Notes: generated from the letters alone by a model not told the origin. Shown: positions 41,390 to 51,304, numbered from the stretch's first letter. The stretch is DNA of 64,000 nucleotides from Candidatus Kapaibacterium sp. (GCA_963664875.1 OY761611.1:3392001-3456000); one strand, 5' to 3'. A program made the numbers and translations.

Positions 41390-42235
41390 TTAAAATGTGT
41401 AATTTGTTGCGGAAAGGATTACTGCCTCCTCGTAGCTGAGAGAAGCGTCTTGCGTTTGTAGAGCTTTTGCCTGTCTGTGCAAATCGAGCCTTTCGGGAAG
41501 AACATCTGCATCGTCAAATTCATCGTTATATGATTTAGTAAAGTCAAATTGTATATCAACTTTATCCGGTTTGATAGAGCTGAACATATTTCGGGTGTGT
41601 TCGAGCAAATCTGTTTCGTTCTTTTTGTCATATTGAAAAACAAGCTCGAGCAAGTCCTCGACAACAGTACGATGAGCCGGATTAATCTTAAGCCCCTGAT
41701 TAATATCAGTAAGCGACTCGGCAAAAGCTGCGAACTCACGTCTTCGCATATTAAGCTCTAAGCCTTCGATTTGCTCACGCAATTCCATATTTTCGCGCTC
41801 TGCCTCAGAAAATTGGCTACCCTCAAGCTCCACTTCCGAATATTCAGTTATATCAGAAAACTGCACAGGTTGCAAACCCTTCACCGCCGGAGAGGCAGCT
41901 CCCAAAAAGCCCACATGACGCAAAAGCATATCAGGGTAAAGAGCGATAGACACCTTTTTGTATCTACCACGCCTGATTTCTTCGGCAAACTCCGCATTCA
42001 TATCTTTAACTTTAGCGAGAAGAGTATCATTTCTGCGAGCAAGTCGCGCTACCCAGCCATAAGCCGGTGAGTCAGTTTTGGGATGTCCTTTGACTATCGG
42101 AGCAAGAAAAGCATCGCTACTTTCCGTCCGTGAATTGTAAGCATAAGCGATAGCATCTAAGCTGCCTGCGTTATACTCTTTAGTGTTGCCGGCAGAGTCA
42201 GTATGCCGACCGGTTTTAAAAACTTCTATCCACAT
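41390..42235 (-). CDS. Mu gpI-like prohead protease/scaffold
   Basis: IEVFKTG.H, APIV.GHP...PAYGWV, Y.K.S..LY, LRHVGFLGA..PAVKGL; coiled-coil C-terminus; ATG 42235. Confidence 0.85.
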   Translation of the reverse strand: MWIEVFKTGRHTDSAGNTKEYNAGSLDAIAYAYNSRTESSDAFLAPIVKGHPKTDSPAYGWVARLARRNDTLLAKVKDMNAEFAEEIRRGRYKKVSIALYPDMLLRHVGFLGAASPAVKGLQPVQFSDITEYSEVELEGSQFSEAERENMELREQIEGLELNMRRREFAAFAESLTDINQGLKINPAHRTVVEDLLELVFQYDKKNETDLLEHTRNMFSSIKPDKVDIQFDFTKSYNDEFDDADVLPERLDLHRQAKALQTQDASLSYEEAVILSATNYTF

Positions 42236-42469
42236 AAATATGTACCTTGTAAATGATAAAAAATGAGCTGCAGCTTTTATTTCAAATACAAAGTACATTT
42301 TACTCAGACTATAAAAAGAAAAGCATTTTTAAAATATTTTATAAACCATTTAAAAAATAAATAGTGAGCAAATCAAAATATTAAGTATAATATTTAATAC
42401 AATACGAACACAAGAGTTGTAAATTTGTACTATAGAAGATAGATAATCACTTAGTAATTTGTTGCAAAA

Positions 42470-42880
42470 AAGAGCCTGAAAGGCTCAAAGCAAATAGCAA
42501 AAGTCTTATTGCAAAGAATAAAAAAAATTCCCCTCTTGAGCGATGTGCTGAGCGAGCACAGCGAGTCGAAGTAGGGTGCCCTGAAAGGGCGGGGTGGAAA
42601 AGAACCTTATATCTACCACTACTCTAAAAAATATATCGCCGAAGTTATTTATATAGAAAACATACTGCATACTCTGAAAATTTGTGCTTCGTGTGTTTCC
42701 ACCCCGCCTCACCTTCGGTGAGCCACCCCTCAAGAGGGGAATGGTGAGGGTTTTGGCTCAAAATATTAGAGAAAGAGCCTGAAAGGCTCAAAACAATTAG
42801 CCCGGGGCAGCGCCCCGGGAAAAGAAACGTCCACACCCTCGTTTTCTATACCGAGCTAAGCGAGGTGAGTGGCGAAAACA
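42470..42880. repeat. Large REP mosaic
   Basis: Two gagcctgaaaggctc, cccggggcagcgccccggg and a tcccctcttgag...caagagggga inverted pair; 42586-42725 recurs at 44802-44940 and 42472-42578 recurs at 46428-46534. Confidence 0.85.
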
Positions 42881-42918
42881 AAAACTAAAACTAAAACTAA
42901 ACATAGGAAATCTAAACC

Positions 42919-44766
42919 ATGAAACAACTTATACTATTTATCTTACTCGTGCCGGTGCTGCTAAATGCCGAACTCTATGAAGGCTCTGACTCATTAAAGC
43001 CTAAAAAGGAATATACATATAAAGCAAAAGGTGGTTTAGATATTGACCCTAATCTACTTGAGGACTTAATTCCTGACGACCCTCGAATAAAGTTTGCTAC
43101 TTATTTCTGTGGTTCAGGTGGAGATGCTGTTATGGATTTACAAATTGACTCTGAAGGAAATATATTAGCTATTGGAAATACTATGAGTGACGATTTGCCA
43201 ATGGTTGGTAACTCTTTTGCCACTGATAAAGGAATTTGGATAGATGCTTTTATTGTCAAATTTGACACGTTGGGTTTCCCTATTTGGAGTACATATTTTG
43301 GAGGCAAAGGAGAAGACAGAGGTATTAGATTAGAAGTAGATTCGAAGGATAATATTATTATTGCAGGCGCTACTAATTCTGCAAATTTTCCTCTAAAAGG
43401 AGAATTTGACCAAGACAGTATAAAAGGCGAAGCTGATATTTACATAGCAAAATTTGATAAAGACGGAAACTTGCTTTGGAGTAGATTGTTTGGTGGCAGT
43501 GGATTAGATCAGTCTTTTGGTCTTGCAATTGATGCTGATGATAACATATATGTTGCCGGTAATACTATGAGTACAGATATTGTCAGAAGCGACTGGACTT
43601 ACCAGCCTGAATATGCTTATTATTATAAAAATTTTGCAACATATTCTGATGGAGTGTTTGCAAAATTCAGTCCAAGTGGCAAACATATTTGGTCAAGTTA
43701 TTTGGGTGCTGGAGAAACAGAACACTTAGAAGACATCGATGTTTATAATGATGAAATTACTGTTGTAGGCAGAGTTTCTGCAAATTTTGCACATCCTAAA
43801 ATTAATCCAAGATATATTCGCGGAACTGAAGACGCTATTCAACAAGTACCTTGTGATACATTTTATTATGAAAACTACACACCTTACGATCCATTTATAG
43901 CAAAATTTTCAACCGACAGTTGTAAGCTTAAATACTTTACGTATTACTGTACTGAGGCTAAAAGATTTAATCCAAGTGATAATTATTATTATTTTTCCGA
44001 TTATGATGCAAGAGGCAACTATATATTAGTAATTAATGCTGACAACTTCATGCAAGTCAAAGGTTCTCCTTTTAAGACATATAACGAAAAAGAAATTGGA
44101 GGGGTTATGATGCTTTCTCTTAGTCAAGAAAATATAGCCAATTGGGATTGGGACATTTGTGCTGGACGTGGATTTACAGATGTAGCTTTTCATATTGATA
44201 ATAATATTTTTTGGGGGGATGTCACAGCATACAAAGATCTCTTTCCGGAAGATGATAGACATATTAATAATAGAGAAAGTGCTATTCAAAGATCACCTTT
44301 GTTTATGAGATTTGACTTAAAAAACTACACTCAATGGTATTCTTACCATCCTCACTTTAATGCAGATTCTAAACTTATATCAAAAGATAATATTGTTTAC
44401 CTTATGGCGAGATCCCATGATTACCATATTCTTAAAAATGCTTATTCAGAACAATATTATCCTTATTCTTTATATTTTATGAATTTTGATATGAGAGAAG
44501 ATTTTGGTTACTCAAGTATTGAGACAGGGACTAATTATAGCTCAAATATCTATGTTTATCCTACAATAGCTATGGAATCTATCACTATATCCTCAGAGGA
44601 TTCCATAAATCAAATTCAAATCTATGATTTACTCGGTAAGCAATTATATTCACAAGATTTGAAACTCCCATTAAACGAGTTAGAAATAAATGTAGAGAAC
44701 TATGCAGACGGAATGTACTTCATTCTGTTAAATAATAAATACTTTTTTAAATTTATTAAGGAGTAA
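42919..44766 (+). CDS. Secreted SBBP/beta-propeller protein with T9SS C-terminal domain
   Basis: Signal peptide; repeated W.TY.GG.G.D...D..GN.YIAG.T.S units; VYPT...IYDLLGK...GMYF...KFIKE tail. Confidence 0.8.
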   Translation: MKQLILFILLVPVLLNAELYEGSDSLKPKKEYTYKAKGGLDIDPNLLEDLIPDDPRIKFATYFCGSGGDAVMDLQIDSEGNILAIGNTMSDDLPMVGNSFATDKGIWIDAFIVKFDTLGFPIWSTYFGGKGEDRGIRLEVDSKDNIIIAGATNSANFPLKGEFDQDSIKGEADIYIAKFDKDGNLLWSRLFGGSGLDQSFGLAIDADDNIYVAGNTMSTDIVRSDWTYQPEYAYYYKNFATYSDGVFAKFSPSGKHIWSSYLGAGETEHLEDIDVYNDEITVVGRVSANFAHPKINPRYIRGTEDAIQQVPCDTFYYENYTPYDPFIAKFSTDSCKLKYFTYYCTEAKRFNPSDNYYYFSDYDARGNYILVINADNFMQVKGSPFKTYNEKEIGGVMMLSLSQENIANWDWDICAGRGFTDVAFHIDNNIFWGDVTAYKDLFPEDDRHINNRESAIQRSPLFMRFDLKNYTQWYSYHPHFNADSKLISKDNIVYLMARSHDYHILKNAYSEQYYPYSLYFMNFDMREDFGYSSIETGTNYSSNIYVYPTIAMESITISSEDSINQIQIYDLLGKQLYSQDLKLPLNELEINVENYADGMYFILLNNKYFFKFIKE

Positions 44767-44767
44767 A

Positions 44768-45030
44768 ACTTCCCCTCTTGAGGGGTGCGTGAGCGAAGCG
44801 AGGGCGGGGTGGAAAAGAACCTTATATCTACCACTACTCTAAAAAATATATCGCCGAAGTTATTTATATAGAAAACATACTGCATACTCTGAAAATTTGT
44901 GCTTCGTGTGTTTCCACCCCGCCTCACCTTCGGTGAGCCATAGCTCGAGAGGGGAATGATCAGCTAAGGTCACTGCATCTCGACTCATTTTATTCGCTCG
45001 ATAACCGCGAGTGTAACGAGTCGAAGTGCG
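44768..45030. repeat. REP mosaic between T9SS cargo genes
   Basis: Direct repeat of the 42529-42740 block without the 33-nt insert, followed by actgcatctcgactcattttattcgctcgataaccgcgagtgtaacgagtcgaagtgc. Confidence 0.85.
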
Positions 45031-45072
45031 GGCTGAAAAAACAAAAAAACACAAACACAAGGATAAATAATT

Positions 45073-46404
45073 ATGCAAAAAATTCTAATACTAATATTTC
45101 TAACACTTGTATTTCCCGACAAGGAAGCATATAGCCAAACAGAAGATGTTGTGTGGCTAAAAGAAAATTTCTATTTGGAAGAGTTTAAATTCCATCCTAC
45201 TCAGGATATTTTTACTTCTTTCAATCAGTATTGGAAGGGTTTAAAAATATTTGATAAAATGACAGGTGATTCGATTGGTATGTTTCCTATGGGCGACTCG
45301 GTAAGAGGGCTGCAATATACTTTTAATACGGACGGCTCTTTGCTGGCTAGTTTCAGTTGTCCTGGTGTCATTCGTTTATGGAATTTTGAAACGAAGGAAC
45401 AAATGATTGAGTCAAGCATTGAATATTTACTTGATGCAGATTTAAAGAAGAATTTCTATGTTGGCTCTATCGATATATCTAATGATAATAAATATATTGC
45501 ACTTGGACTTTTTGGAGCTGGTTTTGTAGTATTTGATATTGAAAAAAATAAAGTTATAAAACATCAGTATTGGGAATATGATCATCCCAAATGGGGAAAA
45601 TCATTTATGGGAAGTGACTACGTAGAAATTAGTCCGGATAATAATTTAGTATTAGTTATTAGAAACCCGGCAGACAATATGCCTCAAATGATATTTTTAT
45701 ATAATATCAAAAAAAACAAAACAGAATATTTTGATATGGGATCGCATGCGATATTTTCTCCTACAGATAATGTCATGTATTATTTTAGAGATGCTTATGA
45801 TGATCAAACAGGAGAAGTGAAAAGTCTTGGTAGGTATTACGTAAATTTTGATATCAGTGATGAACCTATCAAAAGCCCTGCTAGTTTGTCAGATTGTGTT
45901 TTCTCCTTTGATGGAAAATTTATTGTTGTAAGATCAAAAATGTATTATGAAAGCATATTCTATCAACCTTACATATATAAAACTGATGATTTGTATAACT
46001 TTGCTTACAAAAGACCTTTTAATGATGTGTTCAAAATTGGAAGATGTATTTTAGATTACTCAAACAATTTTATATTGGGTGGTTCAAATCAAGGATTAGC
46101 TTTGTTAGATTTAAAAGGTGTGTTAACTTCAGCCAAAGAGGATATTAATGATAGCATAAAAATATTCCCAAATCCTGCAAATAAAACCATAACAATAAAA
46201 ACATATATAGAACATACCGGTTTACTCAAAATTGAAATTCAGAATATAGATGCTTCCATAAATCAGACTTTAAAAAAAGAAATTGTAGAAGTAGGTGAAT
46301 ATTCAGAAGAATTTGATATTAGTGCGATGCCACAAGGTACTTACTTCATTACTCTTGAGTTTTCAGGTCAAACAGAGAGTAGAAAAATTGTGGTGGTGAG
46401 GTAG
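45073..46404 (+). CDS. WD40-like beta-propeller T9SS cargo protein, copy 1
   Basis: Signal peptide; FHP/FNTDG/ISPDN/FSP repeats; FPNPA...GTYF...KIVVVR. Confidence 0.8.
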   Translation: MQKILILIFLTLVFPDKEAYSQTEDVVWLKENFYLEEFKFHPTQDIFTSFNQYWKGLKIFDKMTGDSIGMFPMGDSVRGLQYTFNTDGSLLASFSCPGVIRLWNFETKEQMIESSIEYLLDADLKKNFYVGSIDISNDNKYIALGLFGAGFVVFDIEKNKVIKHQYWEYDHPKWGKSFMGSDYVEISPDNNLVLVIRNPADNMPQMIFLYNIKKNKTEYFDMGSHAIFSPTDNVMYYFRDAYDDQTGEVKSLGRYYVNFDISDEPIKSPASLSDCVFSFDGKFIVVRSKMYYESIFYQPYIYKTDDLYNFAYKRPFNDVFKIGRCILDYSNNFILGGSNQGLALLDLKGVLTSAKEDINDSIKIFPNPANKTITIKTYIEHTGLLKIEIQNIDASINQTLKKEIVEVGEYSEEFDISAMPQGTYFITLEFSGQTESRKIVVVR

Positions 46405-46427
46405 AAATCAATTACGAATTTTAGTGG

Positions 46428-46748
46428 GAGCCTGAAAGGCTCGAAGCAAATAGCAAAAGTCTTATTGCAAAGAATAAAAAAACTTCCCCTCTTGAGCGAT
46501 GTGCTGAGCGAGCATAGCGAGTCGAAGTAGGGTGGAAACAAACGAAGCACAAATTTAAACAACATAAAAAATATAAATTAAATAGATAAGTTTAGCGATA
46601 CTATTTTCTGGGGCAGTGATTTGGATAAGATATTTATCCACCTCGTCTTACCTTCGGTGAGCCATCGCTCGAGAGAGGGGAATGGGCAGACTGCATCTCG
46701 ACTCATTTTATTCGCTCGATAACCGCGAGTGTAACGAGTCGAAGTGCG
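46428..46748. repeat. REP mosaic between the duplicated genes
   Basis: Built from segments shared with 42472-42578, 44910-44958 and 44972-45030. Confidence 0.8.
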
Positions 46749-46789
46749 GGCTGAAAAAACAAAAAACACAAACACAAGGATAAATAATT

Positions 46790-48121
46790 ATGCAAAAAAT
46801 TCTAATACTAATATTTCTAACACTTGTATTTCCCGCCAAGGAAGCATATAGCCAAACTGAAGATGTTGTGTGGCTTAAAGAGGGAGTTAATTTGAATGAG
46901 TTTAAATTCCATCCTACTCAGGATATTTTTACTTCCTTCAATGAGTATTGGAAGGGGTTAAAAATATTTGATAAAATGACTGGGGATTCTATAGGAATGT
47001 TTCCTATGGGCGACTCGGTAAGAGGGCTGCAATATACTTTTAATACGGACGGCTCTTTGCTGGCTAGTTTCAGTTGTCCTGGTGTCATTCGTTTATGGAA
47101 TTTTGAAACGAAGGAACAAATGATTGAGTCAAGCATTGAATATTTACTTGATGCAGATTTAAAGAAGAATTTCTATGTTGGCTCTATCGATATATCTAAT
47201 GATAATAAATATATTGCACTTGGACTTTTTGGAGCTGGTTTTGTAGTATTTGATATTGAAAAAAATAAAGTTATAAAACATCAGTATTGGGAATATGATC
47301 ATCCCAAATGGGGAAAATCATTTATGGGAAGTGACTACGTAGAAATTAGTCCGGATAATAATTTAGTATTAGTTATTAGAAACCCGGCAGACAATATGCC
47401 TCAAATGATATTTTTATATAATATCAAAAAAAACAAAACAGAATATTTTGATATGGGATCGCATGCGATATTTTCTCCTACAGATAATGTCATGTATTAT
47501 TTTAGAGATGCTTATGATGATCAAACAGGAGAAGTGAAAAGTCTTGGTAGGTATTACGTAAATTTTGATATCAGTGATGAACCTATCAAAAGCCCTGCTA
47601 GTTTGTCAGATTGTGTTTTCTCCTTTGATGGAAAATTTATTGTTGTAAGATCAAAAATGTATTATGAAAACATATTCTATCGACCTTACATATACAAAAC
47701 TGATGATTTGCATCACTTTGCATACAAAAGACCTTATAATGATGTTTTTACAATCGGAAGATGTATTTTAGATTACTCAAACAATTTTATATTAGGTGGT
47801 TCAAATCAAGGATTAGCATTATTAGATTTAAAAGGTGTTTTAACTTCAGCCAAAGAAGATGCTAATGATAGCATAAAAGTATTCCCAAATCCTGCAAATA
47901 AAACCATAACAATAAAAACAGATATAGAACATACCGGTTTACTCAAAATTGAAATTCAGAATATAGATGCTTCCATAAATCAGACTTTAAAAAAAGAAAT
48001 TGTAGAAGCAGGTGAATATTCAGAAGAATTTGATATTAGTGCGCTGCCACAAGGTACTTACTTCATTACTATTGAGTTTTCAGGTCAAACAGAAAGTAGA
48101 AAAATTGTGGTGGTGAGGTAG
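46790..48121 (+). CDS. WD40-like beta-propeller T9SS cargo protein, copy 2 (tandem paralogue)
   Basis: Same length (443 aa) and near-identical to copy 1, including the upstream leader. Confidence 0.85.
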   Translation: MQKILILIFLTLVFPAKEAYSQTEDVVWLKEGVNLNEFKFHPTQDIFTSFNEYWKGLKIFDKMTGDSIGMFPMGDSVRGLQYTFNTDGSLLASFSCPGVIRLWNFETKEQMIESSIEYLLDADLKKNFYVGSIDISNDNKYIALGLFGAGFVVFDIEKNKVIKHQYWEYDHPKWGKSFMGSDYVEISPDNNLVLVIRNPADNMPQMIFLYNIKKNKTEYFDMGSHAIFSPTDNVMYYFRDAYDDQTGEVKSLGRYYVNFDISDEPIKSPASLSDCVFSFDGKFIVVRSKMYYENIFYRPYIYKTDDLHHFAYKRPYNDVFTIGRCILDYSNNFILGGSNQGLALLDLKGVLTSAKEDANDSIKVFPNPANKTITIKTDIEHTGLLKIEIQNIDASINQTLKKEIVEAGEYSEEFDISALPQGTYFITIEFSGQTESRKIVVVR

Positions 48122-48145
48122 AAATCAATTACGAATTTTAGTGGG

Positions 48146-48400
48146 AGACTGAAAGGCTCGAAGCTATTAGCCCTAGGCAGCAAAGGTGACTGCATCTCGA
48201 CTCATTTTATTCGCTCGATAACCGCGAGTGTAACGAGTCGAAGTGCAGGAGAAAGGCACCCCCACACCACCGTTTTTTGAAAACCGAGCTCGATGTAAAG
48301 TATCGCAGTAAAGCTTGCGGAAAAGCTCGCTAAAGTTAAGAATATAATGCAATTTGAGACTTACGAGACTGCCTACCAATAAACAAGATTATGACCTAGC
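48146..48400. repeat. REP mosaic closing the T9SS gene cluster
   Basis: gagactgaaaggctc; gactgcatctcgactc...gtcgaagtgc; gacttacgagactgcctaccaata (inner IR of the composite element). Confidence 0.7.
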
Positions 48401-48415
48401 TCACTCTCCGCTTTT

Positions 48416-49723
48416 CTACTTCCCGTCATTATACACTCTGCCGTATATCAGCAGCGAAATAGCAGAAAGCAAGCCTATCCCTGCGAACACATACCATAAA
48501 TAATGTGCATTAGCATATAACTGCTCATGCGGAATGCCTGCATATTGCGGAAGTTTCGGATTCGGACAGAAAGTATCTAATAAAAAACCGGATAAAATAA
48601 AGCCTAAAAGATTTGAAATAAACGAATCTAAATGGCTAAATCCCATATACAAGCCTTCTTGGCCCTTCGGCGCCTGCAACGAGAAATATTCCAAATATCT
48701 CGGAGAAATAAAACTTTCTGCTAATCCCTGAAATACTATGCCGATAATCATCATTAGAGTAATAGGGTGCATTGAAAAACCAATAATGCTGATAGAATTC
48801 CCTGTGATTTCGCCCAATATATGACCGGTTGCCATTGTAAAAGCTGACAAAGGCATTAGCAGCATACCAATGCTCATTGCCGTGATTGCTTTGAAGCGTT
48901 TCATTAGCTCTGTAACAAGATACACCATTGTTACCACTACCAGCGGGTTAACGTTTGCTATCCATTCCGGTTTGGCTTCTTCGCCGATTAGCCTGATTAC
49001 GTATTTAGGCATCGATGCGTAAAGTTGCTGCTGGATTATCCAAAATCCCGAAACTATCACTATCAAAATCATCAGCCTGCGGTTTGTAAGCAACATCTTT
49101 AAGCCATTGATAATTTCGTCGAGTGTTTTGTTTGTTTCATTTGCATCTACATTCCTATAAAAAAGCAGAACCATGATAAAAGCGACAAGTGACAAACCGC
49201 CTGCATAAATATTGATCCACTGCACACCAAAATCGAGGCGGATAGGGTAGGCAAAGGTTTTACCAAGAAACGAACCCACATTGACCAACATATAAAATAT
49301 TGAAAACGCTTTAGCTCTGTTTTCTGCTGTAGATGATTTGGCTACAGTCCCTGCAATTATTGATTTAATGAACGAGCCGCCAAACATCAAAATTGCGAGC
49401 GACAAAAGCACTGTCAGCTTGGTGGGGACAAATGCAAGTGTGAAATAACCAACAGTAAGCATCGCAAATGCAAGAATAATAGCCTTGCGAAAGCCTATTT
49501 TATCAGAATATGTGCCGGTAAACATCGGCAGCAGGTATAAACCCGAAGAAAATACGCCAACAATAATGCCTGTTTCAATGTCTGTGAAGCCCACAACATC
49601 AGTAAGGTATAAAGTAATTGAAATAAACATTGCGTAAAAAGCGGAACGTTCGAGCAGTTCTACAAAATTTGCATTCCAAAATGTGCCGGAATATCCAAAG
49701 TAAGTTTTCAGTTTGCCTTCCAA
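48416..49723 (-). CDS. MFS transporter, POT/PTR-like
   Basis: ELLERSAFY (ExxERxxxY variant), G.YSDKIG.RK, AFSIFYMLVNVGS, SPR..EY....AP...G.Y.G. Confidence 0.8.
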   Translation of the reverse strand: MEGKLKTYFGYSGTFWNANFVELLERSAFYAMFISITLYLTDVVGFTDIETGIIVGVFSSGLYLLPMFTGTYSDKIGFRKAIILAFAMLTVGYFTLAFVPTKLTVLLSLAILMFGGSFIKSIIAGTVAKSSTAENRAKAFSIFYMLVNVGSFLGKTFAYPIRLDFGVQWINIYAGGLSLVAFIMVLLFYRNVDANETNKTLDEIINGLKMLLTNRRLMILIVIVSGFWIIQQQLYASMPKYVIRLIGEEAKPEWIANVNPLVVVTMVYLVTELMKRFKAITAMSIGMLLMPLSAFTMATGHILGEITGNSISIIGFSMHPITLMMIIGIVFQGLAESFISPRYLEYFSLQAPKGQEGLYMGFSHLDSFISNLLGFILSGFLLDTFCPNPKLPQYAGIPHEQLYANAHYLWYVFAGIGLLSAISLLIYGRVYNDGK

Positions 49724-49971
49724 GTTGTCTGTACTCCATTATGATTGTAGTTTGTGAATAGTAATCAGATTTATCGGAAAACAATTTAAAAAATATTTAC
49801 AATTTTGGGCTATTAAAAATGTAAATCAACTAAAATCAGATATTTAAGAATATGTTGGCAAAAGAAAAATAATAAGAATTATGCAGTTCTATTATGATAT
49901 GTAAATGGTGAATATAACGTGATATAGGAGAAAGTTGGAAAAAACAGAGTAGGGGAGAGCATAAGGTATAA

Positions 49972-50010
49972 TAAAAAAAAGTTGCTTCTCGGATAGAAAG
50001 AAGCAACTTG
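49972..50010 (-). terminator. Terminator downstream of tRNA-Arg
   Basis: aagttgcttc...gaagcaactt hairpin with a T run on the minus strand. Confidence 0.65.
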
Positions 50011-50045
50011 CAGCTTTTTGAAAATCTTAGATTTTCTTACATTAG

Positions 50046-50119
50046 TACGCCAGAAAGGATTCGAACCTTTGGCCTACAGCTTAGAAGGCTGTTGCTCTAT
50101 CCAGCTGAGCTACTGGCGC
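50046..50119 (-). tRNA. tRNA-Arg (anticodon TCT), CCA not encoded
   Basis: GCGCCAGTAGCTCAGCTGGATAGAGCAACAGCCTTCTAAGCTGTAGGCCAAAGGTTCGAATCCTTTCTGGCGTA folds as a cloverleaf. Confidence 0.97.
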
Positions 50120-50246
50120 GTCATTTAATGTGATACAAACTTACGGCTTTTTTGAATTACATGCAAGAAAAAAAATATTTTTTTTATACGTTATTTTTTG
50201 CTTGCATTGTATCGATTATTGCCGTATATTTGTATCATAAATTTTT

Positions 50247-50341
50247 GGTCAAGCCCTTTGTGGTTAAGTCAAACCCAATCCCGCCAGGTCCGGAAGGAAG
50301 CAACGGTAAGTTTCGTCTTAAGGCACAAAGTAAGCTTGGCT
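50247..50341 (+). ncRNA. ffs: Signal recognition particle RNA (4.5S)
   Basis: Helix-8 motif cccgccaggtccggaaggaagcaacggt inside a long hairpin (ggtcaagc...gcttggct), then a T run. Confidence 0.92.
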
Positions 50342-50517
50342 TTTTTTTTATATTTACAAACCTAACAAATAAATCCCCAATTTAATAAAGTAAATCCCCA
50401 ACTTTATCAAGCAAATTCCTCAAAATATCATCGGCAATAATAGCACAGATAAAAAATTTGCTATATTGCAAACAAATCTCAACTTGAAAGATTATTTGGA
50501 AAAGATAAGAAAATCAG

Positions 50518-50722
50518 TCGGCAAGGAACTCGATCGAGAAAGCGAACTGGGCGACCACGGCGTACGTAAAGTAGATTACGGGCTGGGCAGGTTTACTACT
50601 ATAGATCTAAGGTCACTGAGCGAGCGCAGCGAGTCGAAGTGTGGGAGAAATACTACGCATGGTCTCCGTACCAGTATAGTATGAATAATCCGGTGAGTTT
50701 GGCGGATTGGAATGGGAAGGAT
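50518..50722 (+). repeat. RHS core C-terminal header 1 (frameshifted by an insert at 50608-50640)
   Basis: GKELDRESELGDHGVRKVDYGLGRFTTID / WEKYYAWSPYQYSMNNPV..DWNGK. Confidence 0.85.
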
Positions 50723-51304
50723 TTTAAATTGCTTCCTAACTCTACTACCAATATGCTACTTGCACAAAACAATAATACCACTATTGCAACTTTTACGCAT
50801 TTTAATGGGATTCAACAAACTAATTGGAATACAATTATGAATAACCAAATTACTAAATGGCAAAGTTACGCTCCAAAAGTTGCAAAATTTGCTACTGAAA
50901 ATGATATTAGTGTGATGTCAGCTGCTAGTTTTAAAAAAGAATATTCCAATCAAGTTGCTGCTCTAAATCCAAATACTGGAATGCTGGAAGTTAAGTTTCC
51001 TGAAGAAAATGAAGACAATACATTGGAGCAAGATTTACTCCATGAAACTGTTCATGTTATGGGGTATAGTGAATATGCTGCATGGTCAGTTGATTTAGCT
51101 TTGGGGAATGTAGACAAAGATACTTTTCTATATAATTTGAAAAAGAATGAAAGTTTTAGGAATGATTATATTTTTGGAAATCATGAAGCATACAAAGATA
51201 ATAGTATAGTTACCTCACAAAGAAATAATCTAAAAAATGGTAAAATAACTTATGAACAGCTTGTTCAACAAATGGTTGAATATGGGAACAGTATAATAAA
51301 ATGA
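50639..51304 (+). CDS. Orphan RHS toxin tip 1, HExxH zincin-like
   Basis: Follows the DxxG cleavage motif; LLHETVH...EY.A. Confidence 0.65.
   Translation: MWEKYYAWSPYQYSMNNPVSLADWNGKDFKLLPNSTTNMLLAQNNNTTIATFTHFNGIQQTNWNTIMNNQITKWQSYAPKVAKFATENDISVMSAASFKKEYSNQVAALNPNTGMLEVKFPEENEDNTLEQDLLHETVHVMGYSEYAAWSVDLALGNVDKDTFLYNLKKNESFRNDYIFGNHEAYKDNSIVTSQRNNLKNGKITYEQLVQQMVEYGNSIIK

Noticed and set aside
35805-42235. Complete inducible prophage, PICI/satellite or encapsulin locus
   Set aside because: No replication, integrase/transposase, terminase or tail genes are present; the portal, protease and adaptor argue against an encapsulin
42506-42836. Short ORFs in REP mosaics (also 3465-3650, 44700-45078, 46368-46775, 48173-48379)
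   Set aside because: Translations of palindromic repeats; the shared peptides reflect the DNA repeat
45073-48121. Diversity-generating retroelement TR/VR pair
   Set aside because: Differences are not confined to adenines, both copies are whole genes, and there is no reverse transcriptase in the window
50152-50385. 77-aa ORF
   Set aside because: It overlies the SRP RNA gene
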